Shown here: in pieces, positions 38,469-47,833 of the stretch
Layout: every line of letters begins with the position of its first letter
How positions within the stretch are numbered: the first letter of the stretch is position 1
From: Gemmatimonadota bacterium
GTDB lineage: Bacteria > Gemmatimonadota > Gemmatimonadetes > Gemmatimonadales > GWC2-71-9
DNA length: 64,000 nt
Direction: 5' to 3'
NCBI GenBank assembly: GCA_039591655.1
Contig: JBDHDE010000016.1
Coordinates: forward strand, 1 to 64,000
Position numbers and translations under genes: made by a program
The notes under the pieces: generated by a model
The model's database searches: none
The model's input: only the letters and a program-made list of their open reading frames with translations
Told to the model about the DNA's origin: nothing

Positions 38469-40811
38469 GTGATCGCACCACCCGCCCGGGCCATCATTCG
38501 GTTCCGGTTCCTCATCATCCTCTTCTGGATCGTGGTGGCCGTCCTGGCTCTCCCACGCGCGGCGGCCGTCCACGAAGTGCTAGAGGTCGAGGGCGAGACC
38601 GTGCTGGGCTCCGACTCCAGGGTGGCGGCCGACCTCATCCGCGAGGCGTTCCCGCGTCCCATCGGCGAGTACTTCGCCGTCACGCTCACCGGCCCGGTCC
38701 CCATCGACAGCGCGCCATATGCCGCGTTGCTGGACTCCCTGACGCGGACCGCCGACGCCGAGCCGTACATCAGTCGGGTGATGTCCTACCTCACTTCGCC
38801 GCGCGAAGAGGAGTTCCTGGTCAGTCCCGACCGGCACACCACGTTCTTCATCGCGGCAGCGAGCCCGAGCACCAACGGCAGCGCCACGGATTTCGTCCCG
38901 CCCTTCCGCGAAGCGATCCACGGAACGGTCGAGCGCATTCCCTGGGCGTCCGCCTACCGGGTCCACGTCACCGGCGGCCCGGGCCTCGACTACGACATTC
39001 GCACGGTGAGCAAGGAGGATACGGAGCGCGGGGAGCGGAAGGCGCTGCCCATCAGCGCCGCGATCCTCGTTCTGGCGTTCGGCGCGTTGGTGGCCGCCTT
39101 TCTCCCACTGGTGGTCGGCGTCTTCGCCATCGAGTGCGCGCTCGCTCTGGTGCACTTCGCGGCCGGCTTCTATCCCATGTCGGTCTTCGTGCTCACCATC
39201 GTCTCGATGGTTGGGCTCGGTGTGGGCATCGACTACTCGCTGCTCATCGTCACCCGCTTCCGGGAGGAGCTGAACCGTGGCCGCGGCGCCCGGGAGGCGG
39301 CCGAGCGTGCCACTGCCACGGCGGGACGCGCGGTCGTCACCAGCGGCCTCACCGTGTTGTTGGGCTTCGCGGGCCTGTTGATTACGCCGATCTCGGAGAC
39401 GCGGTCCATCGGGCTGGGCGGGCTCTTCGTCGTGGCCGCAGCGGTGCTGCTCTCGGTGACGCTGCTGCCCGCGGTCCTGTCCATCATCGGGCGGGGTATC
39501 GACCGGCCCCGGTGGATCGCCAAGCGGCTCGCGTGGTACCACGCACCGACGGGATGGGAGCGCTGGGCCCGCTGGCTGGGCCACCACCCCTGGCGCGCCC
39601 TGGTCATCGGCGGGGTGGCGGTCGCCGCCATCACCTGGCCGCTCGCCAAAATCAAGATCGGACTGCCGCGCTCCGGCTGGTTCCCCGCGGAAACCGAGTC
39701 CAGTGAGGGAGTGGCGGCCCTCGAGGGGATCGGCGCGCGAGGCGCGCTCCAGCCGGTGCGTGTGGTGCTCCAGGCCCCGGAAGGGCAGAACGTCCTCAGC
39801 ACCCGCTACCTCCGGGGCCTCAAGCGGCTGTCGGACACGCTCCGCGCCGACCCGCGGGTGGACCAGCTTCGGGGCCCGGTGGACATCGAGCCGGGCATGT
39901 CCATCCTGCGCTACACGATGCTGTACAGCAACATGGAGCGGGCCAGGGAGCGCTCGCCCGAGTTCTACTCCGCCTATCTCTCCGAGGACAACCGCACCAC
40001 CCTCATGGATGTGCTGCTGTCGGATACCACGTCCCTGACGAGCTCCATGGACGTAGTGCGGGACATCCGTGCCATCATCGACGGCGGCGTGCGCGGGCTC
40101 GACTCCGTGACGGTCTACGTCGGCGGCTTCCAAGCGGGGAGCGTTGATCTCCAGGATCGACTGCTGGAGCGGTTTCCGACGATCATCGCCTTCGTGCTCA
40201 TCGCCACAGCCGTGATGATGTTCATCGCGTTCCAGTCCATTCTCGTGCCCATCAAGGCCGTGATCATGAACTGCCTCTCGGTGGCGGGGGCCTTCGGGCT
40301 GACGGTGCTGGTGTTCCAGTACGGCGTGGGATCCAGCATCTTCGGCCTCGAGGAGGCCACGGAGGCCGTATACGTCGTGGTGCCGGTGGTGGTGTTTGCG
40401 GTTGTGTTCGGCCTCTCCATGGACTACGAGGTCTTCCTGCTCTCGCGCATCAAGGAGGCGTTCGATCGTACGGGGCGCAACGATCAGGCGACGATGGAGG
40501 GCCTCACGGCGACGGCATCGGTGATCACCAGCGCGGCCGCCATCATGATCATCGTGTTCGGCACATTCGCCTTCTCGCGGGTGCTGCCGGCGCAGCTCCT
40601 TGGGTTCGGCCTCGCCGCGGCGGTCCTGCTGGACGCAACCCTGATCCGCATGGTGCTGGTCCCAGCCATCATGCACATCGCGGGGAGCTGGAACTGGTGG
40701 CCCGGTGTGCGGAAGGCAACGAGCGCCCGCGTGCGGGAGGCTGCTAGCGAGGCGGCGGTGGAACCCGAGGGCCAGCCAACTGCAACGCCCGCGCCAGACG
40801 CGCACCCCTGA
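38469..40811 (+). CDS. MMPL/RND family transporter
   Basis: GVGIDYSLLIVTRFREE and GLSMDYEVFLLSRIKE in two TM halves; GTG at 38469. Confidence 0.92.
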   Translation: MIAPPARAIIRFRFLIILFWIVVAVLALPRAAAVHEVLEVEGETVLGSDSRVAADLIREAFPRPIGEYFAVTLTGPVPIDSAPYAALLDSLTRTADAEPYISRVMSYLTSPREEEFLVSPDRHTTFFIAAASPSTNGSATDFVPPFREAIHGTVERIPWASAYRVHVTGGPGLDYDIRTVSKEDTERGERKALPISAAILVLAFGALVAAFLPLVVGVFAIECALALVHFAAGFYPMSVFVLTIVSMVGLGVGIDYSLLIVTRFREELNRGRGAREAAERATATAGRAVVTSGLTVLLGFAGLLITPISETRSIGLGGLFVVAAAVLLSVTLLPAVLSIIGRGIDRPRWIAKRLAWYHAPTGWERWARWLGHHPWRALVIGGVAVAAITWPLAKIKIGLPRSGWFPAETESSEGVAALEGIGARGALQPVRVVLQAPEGQNVLSTRYLRGLKRLSDTLRADPRVDQLRGPVDIEPGMSILRYTMLYSNMERARERSPEFYSAYLSEDNRTTLMDVLLSDTTSLTSSMDVVRDIRAIIDGGVRGLDSVTVYVGGFQAGSVDLQDRLLERFPTIIAFVLIATAVMMFIAFQSILVPIKAVIMNCLSVAGAFGLTVLVFQYGVGSSIFGLEEATEAVYVVVPVVVFAVVFGLSMDYEVFLLSRIKEAFDRTGRNDQATMEGLTATASVITSAAAIMIIVFGTFAFSRVLPAQLLGFGLAAAVLLDATLIRMVLVPAIMHIAGSWNWWPGVRKATSARVREAASEAAVEPEGQPTATPAPDAHP

Positions 40812-41103
40812 GATCCCAGTGCCAGGCTGCTACGCGCTCGCCGGTTCGGGGGTGCTTCAAGGGCCGATACTGCAGCCACTCATCCCGCAGGCCTAGGCGG
40901 CGTCCTGCCCGCAACAAGGCCTCCCGATCCGACGAGACGAGGTGCGCCCACCGTTCACCCCGCAGCTGGAAGGGGTGAAGCCAGAGCCCGCCATCGAGGG
41001 CGTGGGCCACACCCTGACGCCATAGAGCGAACTCCCGCCAGGTGCCCTCAGTCGCAGCGAAGGTTCCGGTCCTCCGTCGCCGCACCGACGGCAGCGGCTG
41101 CAC
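40744..41103 (-). CDS. Small protein, DUF4031-like
   Basis: WAHLVSSD...LGL..EWLQ...WHWDL pattern; start uncertain. Confidence 0.6.
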   Translation of the reverse strand: MQPLPSVRRRRTGTFAATEGTWREFALWRQGVAHALDGGLWLHPFQLRGERWAHLVSSDREALLRAGRRLGLRDEWLQYRPLKHPRTGERVAAWHWDLRGARLARALQLAGPRVPPPPR

Positions 41104-41413
41104 CAGTGAAGACGTAGCAGCGAATCAGAGTGCTGGCGTGCTGCGCGGTCGCGGCCCATCCCGAGGCCGTGGCCTCGTTCACCCTGAGAATCACCCCGTC
41201 ACTGGTTTCGAAACCGCGCGAGCGCAGAGTGTCCAGGTCGGCCGTATAGACCCTGTGATCGTAGAAATACGATGCCTGCGCGAGCCCCAGGTTCCGCAGG
41301 TCATCTCTCATCGCGGAGACGTAGGCCCGCTCTCGCGCGCCGCGGAACCACGGGATCAGCAGCGCAACCACCAGGCCCACGATCACGATGACCATCACCA
41401 CTCGGAGCTTCAT
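41048..41413 (-). CDS. Type IV pilin-like protein lacking a prepilin leader
   Basis: Hydrophobic helix ending in IP, then ERAYVSAMRDDLRNL..AQ.SYF, GWAATA and a C-terminal Cys pair. Confidence 0.72.
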   Translation of the reverse strand: MKLRVVMVIVIVGLVVALLIPWFRGARERAYVSAMRDDLRNLGLAQASYFYDHRVYTADLDTLRSRGFETSDGVILRVNEATASGWAATAQHASTLIRCYVFTGAAAAVGAATEDRNLRCD

Positions 41414-44163
41414 GCCTTCGCATCCAACCAGTTGGGGCCCACACCGATGTCGACGAGCAGGGGAACGCTGAGCTCCGCCGCGCTCTCCATCCCGCCACGC
41501 ACGATGTCTCTCGCTCGGTCGACTTCCGCCAGCGGCGCCTCCACGATCAGCTCGTCATGGACCTGAAGCACGATCGCGCTCTTCAGCCCTGCCTGCGGCA
41601 GCGTCGCGCTGAGATTGATCATCGCCAGCTTGATGAGGTCAGCCGCCGAACCCTGAAGCGGTGAATTCATTGCCACCCGCTCTCCGAAGGCGCGCACGCT
41701 GTAGGTGCGATCCTTCAGCTCCGGAACATAGCGCCGCCGGCCGAACAGAGTTTCCACGTACCCCTGCTTCTTCGCCCGCGTCACACAGTCGTCGAGAAAC
41801 CCACGTACGCCCGCGAAGCGTTCGAAGTACAGCTGGATGAACTCCCGCGCCTCCTCTTGCGAGATCCCGAGCTGGCGGCTCAACGCGAACGGGCCCTGTC
41901 CGTAGATCGTAGCGAAGTTGATCGTCTTGGCCCTCGCCCGCATCTCGGGCGTCACCTCGCCGGGCGACACCCCGAAGATGATCGCGGCCGTCTCTTCATG
42001 GATATCCCCGCCGCGCGCGAAGGCATCGATGAACGCGGGATCCTGCGAGAGATGCGCCAACAGCCGCAGCTCGACCTGGGAGTAGTCCGCCACGATGAAC
42101 ACCGCTCCCGGACCTGGCACGAAGCAACGGCGGATCCGCTCCCCTCGAGGGGTGCGCACGGGGATGTTCTGCAGGTTGGGATCGGCCGAGGCGAGCCGTC
42201 CGGTGGACGCCGCCGTCTGGCTGAAGCTGGTGTGAATCCGTCCGGTCGCTGGATTGACGGCTTGGGGCAGCACGTCCACGTAGGTCGAGCGCAGCTTGCT
42301 GAGCTCCCGGTAGTCGAGGAGGAGACCCGGAAGCTCGAAGCCTGTCGCAGCCAGTTCCGCCAGCACGTCGGCATCGGTGGACGGACCGGTCTTGGTCTTC
42401 TTGAGCACCGGCAGGTTGAGCTTCTCGAACAGTACGTGTCGAAGCTGCGGTGTCGAGTTGATATTGAACTCGGTGCCGGCCGCACTGTGAATCGCCTGCT
42501 CCAGCTCCTGCAGCTCGGCGCCGAACTCCCGTGAGAGGGCGGCCAGCCCTGCGGTGTCCACGGCGATGCCGCGCCACTCCATGTCCACCAGTACGCCGAC
42601 CAGTGGGAGCTCGATGTCCTCCAGCAGGGCTTCCATCTTCACGCCCGCAAGCTGGGGGCGGAAGAAGTCGCGGAGGCGGAGCACCGTATCGCTGTCGCCG
42701 CAGCAGTAGTCGGCAGCCTTGTCGGGCGGGACCTCGGCGAAGGGGCGCTCCGCCTTGCCCTTCCCCACGAGCGCCGAGTACTTGGTGAGCTCCAGGCCCA
42801 GGTGCTCCCGGGCAAGCACATCGAGGCCGTGGGAGCGGCGCCCCGGATCCAGCACGAAGCTCGCGAGCATCGAGTCGTACGCCGCCCCTGCGAGCTCGAC
42901 GCCGGCTCGCCGCAGCACCAGCCAATCGTACTTGATGTTGTGACCGGCCTTGGGCACCCGGGAATCCTGCAGCAAGTCCACCAGCGGCCGCATCTGCGAA
43001 TCGGCGAGTTGGGGGAGGTTCTCGGGCGGGGCGGCGTCGGTGAGCTCGCCGTCGGGCAGCCGGTGGCTGAGGGACAGGTACCACGCGCGTCCCTCACCGG
43101 CTGCCAGCGAGAGCCCCACTAAATCCGCCCGCAGCGGATCCAGATTCGTGGTCTCGGTGTCGATGGCCACCATGCCGCTCTCCCGGCAGGCAGCCACGAT
43201 CTCTTCCAGGTCCGCTGGGTCGGTCACCAGCCGGAAGGAGGTCTCCTCAGCCTGCGGCGCCTCGTGGGTTTCGAGCGTCCTGAGCAGCGCGTGGAACTCC
43301 AGCTCTCCGTACAGCCCCCTGAGCGCGTCCAGATCCCACGACGCTGCCTGAAGCTCTGCGAGATCGAGCTCCACGGGAACGTCCCGGCGGATGGTGACCA
43401 GCTCCCGGCTCAACCGCGCATTGTCCGCTTCGGCAGCGAGGGCCTCGCGCACCCGCTTCGCCTTCACGTCTCCGGCGTGCGCCAGAATCGCCTCCAGGTC
43501 ACCGTACTCCTCGATCAACTTGCGCGCCGTCTTGTCGCCCACACCATGCACGCCAGGGACGTTGTCGGAGGAGTCGCCTACCAGCGCCAGATAGTCCACG
43601 ACCCGTTCCGGCGGCACGCCCAGTCGCTCGTGTGCGTTGGCGAGGGTCACCCACTGCTCCTGGATGGCGGAGGGCCCACGTCGGCCCGGGTTGAGCAGCG
43701 TCACCCCGGGACCGATCAGCTGGTAGAAATCCTTGTCCCCTGAGACGATGGCGACCGCGACCCCTTGCGCCGCGGCCTGGTCCGCGAGCGTCCCGATGAC
43801 GTCGTCGGCCTCGTAGCCCTCCACGGCGACCAACGGGACCGCCATGGCCTCTAACAGCTCCTCGATGCGCTCCACGGACCGATCGAAGTCCTCCTGCAGC
43901 TCGTCGTCGAGCTTCTCTCTCGTGGCCTTGTACTCGGGATAGACGTCCTCGCGAAACGAGCTCCCGGCGTCGTGCACCCAGGCGAGGAACTCCGGCTCGT
44001 ACTCGGCGAACAGGCGGTGGACGAAGTTCGCGACCCCCCAAACGGCCGACGTATTCTCGCCACGCCCGGTGCGGAGCGGGCGGCCGATCATCGCGAAGAA
44101 CGCCCGGTAGATGAGGGCGTAGCCGTCGATCAGGAAGAGGCGGGGCTCGTGCTGGGCCGGCAT
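41410..44163 (-). CDS. polA: DNA polymerase I
   Basis: LIDGYALIYRAF, EADDVIG, DTET, DYSQVELR, KTINFATIYG and LQVHDEL motifs. Confidence 0.97.
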   Translation of the reverse strand: MPAQHEPRLFLIDGYALIYRAFFAMIGRPLRTGRGENTSAVWGVANFVHRLFAEYEPEFLAWVHDAGSSFREDVYPEYKATREKLDDELQEDFDRSVERIEELLEAMAVPLVAVEGYEADDVIGTLADQAAAQGVAVAIVSGDKDFYQLIGPGVTLLNPGRRGPSAIQEQWVTLANAHERLGVPPERVVDYLALVGDSSDNVPGVHGVGDKTARKLIEEYGDLEAILAHAGDVKAKRVREALAAEADNARLSRELVTIRRDVPVELDLAELQAASWDLDALRGLYGELEFHALLRTLETHEAPQAEETSFRLVTDPADLEEIVAACRESGMVAIDTETTNLDPLRADLVGLSLAAGEGRAWYLSLSHRLPDGELTDAAPPENLPQLADSQMRPLVDLLQDSRVPKAGHNIKYDWLVLRRAGVELAGAAYDSMLASFVLDPGRRSHGLDVLAREHLGLELTKYSALVGKGKAERPFAEVPPDKAADYCCGDSDTVLRLRDFFRPQLAGVKMEALLEDIELPLVGVLVDMEWRGIAVDTAGLAALSREFGAELQELEQAIHSAAGTEFNINSTPQLRHVLFEKLNLPVLKKTKTGPSTDADVLAELAATGFELPGLLLDYRELSKLRSTYVDVLPQAVNPATGRIHTSFSQTAASTGRLASADPNLQNIPVRTPRGERIRRCFVPGPGAVFIVADYSQVELRLLAHLSQDPAFIDAFARGGDIHEETAAIIFGVSPGEVTPEMRARAKTINFATIYGQGPFALSRQLGISQEEAREFIQLYFERFAGVRGFLDDCVTRAKKQGYVETLFGRRRYVPELKDRTYSVRAFGERVAMNSPLQGSAADLIKLAMINLSATLPQAGLKSAIVLQVHDELIVEAPLAEVDRARDIVRGGMESAAELSVPLLVDIGVGPNWLDAKA

Positions 44164-44199
44164 GCCGAAAAGAAGATAGGCCGAAAGGAGCCGCGCCGC

Positions 44200-46395
44200 C
44201 TATGGCGGATAGAGCGCCCTGTAGAGCTCCCGGTTGCGCAACACCGCACGCACGTAGTCCCGCGTCTCCAGGTAGGGAATCCGCTCCACCCAGCGGAAGG
44301 GATCGCGCGCCTCTGGGTAGCGCAGCCACCGTGCCACGGGACGGGCGCCGGCGTTGTAGGCCGCTAGGGCGGGGGCAAGCCGGTCATAGGTGTCGAGCAG
44401 GGACGAGAGGTGGGCCGAGCCGAGATGGAGGTTTGCGTCAGCAACCGCCAACAGCGACTCGTCCCACTCCACACCGAGGCGCCGGGCGATCCACGTGGCC
44501 GTCGTCGGCATGAGTTGCATCAGACCGCGGGCGCCGGCACGGGACGTAGCATCGGGCACGAACGTGGACTCCTGCCGGATGAGTGCGGCCAGCAGATAGG
44601 GATCGAGGCCGTACTCCAGGGCTTCCGCCTCGATCAGCTCGCGCATCGGCCAGGGAAAGACCGCGCGTACCACGTGCGGGTCACTGAGGGTGAGGCTGCC
44701 GGCGGCGCGCCAGCCCAGACGTACTCCCTGAGACAGCCAACCCCGGTCGATCAGGCCCGCTGCCAGGTCCACCAACTCCACGGGTGGCAGCCGTGCCCGC
44801 TCGAGCTGGTAGGCCACCAACGCCTCGGCTTCCTCCGTGAACGTCGCGGCGCGCAGCAGGTCCAGTTGCTCGAGGGTGCGTTGCACCCTCGCCGCCACCT
44901 CCCGCTCCTCGGGTGGCGCGAAGACGGGGGCGGGCAGGCCCGCTGCCTGCCGCGCCCTCATGCCGTAGTAGCCCAGAGAATCCCGCCGCGCGAGCTCCTC
45001 CCAGCCCGCCCGTGCGGCAGCACTGTCGCCCCGGGCCACGTCCAGCCGCGCCAAAAGGTATGCTGCCGCACCCCATTGGTGGCCCTCCACGGCGACCTCT
45101 TCCCCATACCACTGGGCGGCCAGCGTCGTGTCCCTGCGGGCCAATGCGCGGGCGGCGAGGGTGAGGCGGGAGCGGCCGGCGTACTCGTCTTGGGGCCACC
45201 GCACAGCCACGGACCGGTATAGGCTGTCGGCCACCACACTGCGACTGGCCCGGCGCTCGCGCTCTGCCACGAGGTACAGGGCTCGCGGCGCCATGTAATG
45301 ATCGGCGTGTTGCTCGGCAAACTCGGCCAGGGCTCGGTACCCCTCGGCGGCGCGACCGATGCTAGGAAGCAGCCGCGCACGGCGATACGCGGCCACCGCG
45401 CCGTGATCTCCGCCGAGGGCGGCCGACTCCTCGTACACCCTCACGGCGGCGCGGAAGCGACCCGCATCCCGCTCCAGATCGCCCAGCACCCGAAGGGCGT
45501 AGGCGGTGCTGTAGCCACTCTCTACCGCGGCCCTCAGGAGATCGAGCGCAGCGGAGCTTTGCCCCGAGCGCACGTAGGCCCTGACGAGCACGATGCGCTC
45601 CTCGTCGCTCCGCGGCGCCATCCCACCGGCCGCCAGCGCGATACCCTCGCGAACCACGGCCCTGTCGCGGGCCGCCAGGGCGCGATACACCAGCTCCCGT
45701 GCACTGGCGCTGTCCCCCACACCCAAGGCCAGCCGGGCCGCCCATGGGGCCAGCTCGGGCCTGGTGAGTGCCGCCACCGCAGCGGCGCTGTCGCCGGCCG
45801 CCAGCAAGATCTCGGCGCGCGCCTGCTCGACGAATCGCTCGGCTCCCAGGGGTGCCCGCCGCAGCACGGCGAGCGCCCGCGATGCATCGGCGGTCACGCG
45901 GGCCCAGCGAATCGCTAACCAGGAGGAGATCTGCGGAAGCTCGGTGGCCGCTACCTCGTAGGGAGCCAGGGCTGCGTAGCGATCCCCCGCGCGCTCGAAG
46001 GCGTCGCCGGCCCGGGCGTAGAGCACTCCGCGGCGCACACCTGCGGCCTGCGCTGCGGCCTGGAGGAAGAGGGTCCCCGCCGTTTCGTAGTCGCCGGACT
46101 CGTGGGCAGCAGCCGCGATCAGTTGCAGGAACGGAGGCCTGAGGGTATCGGCGGCATACGCCGCCACCAGCCGGCGCGCCTCTGCAGAGCGACCGAGGGC
46201 CAACTCCGCCCGGGCCAGGGCCAAGATCTCCACCAGCGTGGCTGAGCCCTCGGCTGCCACAGGCCTGAGGGTGCGCGCCGTGTGCCACGCGCCGGGGGAG
46301 ACCGTCCCCGGCACCGGTTCGCTCTGCGGGTGCGCGCTGCCGGGCGAGGCGAGCGCAACGACGACGAGCGGGAGAAGCCGCCGACGCAGGGTCAG
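44200..46395 (-). CDS. Soluble lytic transglycosylase with TPR-like superhelix (Slt70-like)
   Basis: IRQES, GARGLMQ and AAYNAG motifs. In-frame extension to the CTG at 46395 supplies a signal peptide (LTLRRRLLPLVVVALASPGSA). Confidence 0.85.
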   Translation of the reverse strand: MTLRRRLLPLVVVALASPGSAHPQSEPVPGTVSPGAWHTARTLRPVAAEGSATLVEILALARAELALGRSAEARRLVAAYAADTLRPPFLQLIAAAAHESGDYETAGTLFLQAAAQAAGVRRGVLYARAGDAFERAGDRYAALAPYEVAATELPQISSWLAIRWARVTADASRALAVLRRAPLGAERFVEQARAEILLAAGDSAAAVAALTRPELAPWAARLALGVGDSASARELVYRALAARDRAVVREGIALAAGGMAPRSDEERIVLVRAYVRSGQSSAALDLLRAAVESGYSTAYALRVLGDLERDAGRFRAAVRVYEESAALGGDHGAVAAYRRARLLPSIGRAAEGYRALAEFAEQHADHYMAPRALYLVAERERRASRSVVADSLYRSVAVRWPQDEYAGRSRLTLAARALARRDTTLAAQWYGEEVAVEGHQWGAAAYLLARLDVARGDSAAARAGWEELARRDSLGYYGMRARQAAGLPAPVFAPPEEREVAARVQRTLEQLDLLRAATFTEEAEALVAYQLERARLPPVELVDLAAGLIDRGWLSQGVRLGWRAAGSLTLSDPHVVRAVFPWPMRELIEAEALEYGLDPYLLAALIRQESTFVPDATSRAGARGLMQLMPTTATWIARRLGVEWDESLLAVADANLHLGSAHLSSLLDTYDRLAPALAAYNAGARPVARWLRYPEARDPFRWVERIPYLETRDYVRAVLRNRELYRALYPP

Positions 46396-47768
46396 CCACC
46401 CCGCTTGATGCGCTGTATCACCTCTTGGAAGGCGGCGCGAGAATCCGGCGTCAGCTCGTAGTGGCCGAACCCGCTACGATCGTGGAAGATGACGGTCAAC
46501 CGCTCGCCATTGTAAACCCACCGGATGTATCGCAGCCCCTCTCCCTGGACGTCGGTACTGGAGTCGAACGTCTCGTCCGGTGAGCCGATGGAGACGTACA
46601 CCTCTCCCCGGTCCGTGAGCCACCCCTGCTGGCTGCCTTCGCGATACAGGTCGTTGGCGACCTGGAGGCGGCGGAAGTATGCCTCCATCGCTTCGTGCTC
46701 CGGCGTGAGCGGGTCCGGATCACTGGCCTGCCAGAACGCCTGCCACAGCGCGGCCCGCTCTTGCACCGGCGCTTCCCCCAGGTCCTGGAGGATCTGGTCC
46801 GGCCCGAAGTAACGCAACAGGGACAGCGTCTCCTCGAAGTTCGCGACCACCCACTCCTTGGAGAAGCTCACCAGTACGTCGGCCCGGACCGGCACTCCAT
46901 CGAGCAGCGCGGCCTCGAACTGTAGCTGACCCATGGGAAGTCGCCCGGGCGGCACCTTGATCAGGGCGGTCCGGATCACCCCGGTGGCGTGGAGCGGCAG
47001 TGTGTCGGTCCAGAGCTCCGTCACCGGCTGTTCCACCGACAGGGCCCGCAGGGTGAAGGACGCACCTTCCGCGACATTGTAGGCTTCGACGTAGAGCCCC
47101 AGGGTGTCGGTCCCGTATGGCACGGTAGCCCGAGGGTTGACCACCACATCGGGGACGAACCTGCGCACCGGCCGGGCCTCCCCGGCGTAGATCGGGATGA
47201 GGTCGGAGAGGCGTCGCTCGCCGTCGTAGCGGGGCAGCTCCAGTGTGTCGCCCACCTGGCTATAGCCGGTCCCATGACGATCGCGCATGACGATCCTCAC
47301 CTCGGCTTGGCCCGGCGGCAGGGTGAGGTATTGCTGGAAGATCACGCTTTCGTCACCGCCCTGGGTCTCCTCGAGCGTGGCCACCCGCACCACCTCGTCG
47401 ACGGAGACGTCCCGCAGCGTCACCCCACCGCGACGGATCAACACCTCGACGCGGTAGCGGGCCTCGAACACCTCCCCTGCGCGGCGAAACGTGAGGGCCC
47501 GGTTGGGCAGCGAAAGCCCCATGAGGACCAGCGTTGAGTCGGGGACGCTCCCGGCGAAGGAGTAGATCCCCGCGACAAACGGAACCGGATCGGGCGCCAC
47601 TAGGAGCCCCATGCTGAGATAGGCGGCCGTCACGTCGAACAGCCGGGGCACGACGACGTTGGGGCTCGCCTCGGGCTCGCTCCCGACGCGCTGCCATCCG
47701 CCGCACGCCGCGAACCCGAAGACCAGCAGGATCGTTGCGACCCTCAACCACCGAATCGACTGGTACAT
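46392..47768 (-). CDS. GWxTD domain-containing lipoprotein
   Basis: Lipobox FAAC; FWQASDPDPLTPEHE...YFRR...GWLTDRGEVYVSIGSPD. Confidence 0.85.
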   Translation of the reverse strand: MYQSIRWLRVATILLVFGFAACGGWQRVGSEPEASPNVVVPRLFDVTAAYLSMGLLVAPDPVPFVAGIYSFAGSVPDSTLVLMGLSLPNRALTFRRAGEVFEARYRVEVLIRRGGVTLRDVSVDEVVRVATLEETQGGDESVIFQQYLTLPPGQAEVRIVMRDRHGTGYSQVGDTLELPRYDGERRLSDLIPIYAGEARPVRRFVPDVVVNPRATVPYGTDTLGLYVEAYNVAEGASFTLRALSVEQPVTELWTDTLPLHATGVIRTALIKVPPGRLPMGQLQFEAALLDGVPVRADVLVSFSKEWVVANFEETLSLLRYFGPDQILQDLGEAPVQERAALWQAFWQASDPDPLTPEHEAMEAYFRRLQVANDLYREGSQQGWLTDRGEVYVSIGSPDETFDSSTDVQGEGLRYIRWVYNGERLTVIFHDRSGFGHYELTPDSRAAFQEVIQRIKRGG

Positions 47769-47833
47769 GGTGTTCCAGACCTCGATCGCTGACTTGCCGA
47801 AGCTCACGGTGGACGCTTACTTTCGCCCACCTC

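Noticed and set aside
38580..40805. 741-aa antisense ORF over the MMPL gene (similar cases at 24493..26208, 55179..56861, 58273..59781 and 62195..63868)
   Set aside because: Antisense shadows of well-supported genes, with no recognisable motifs.
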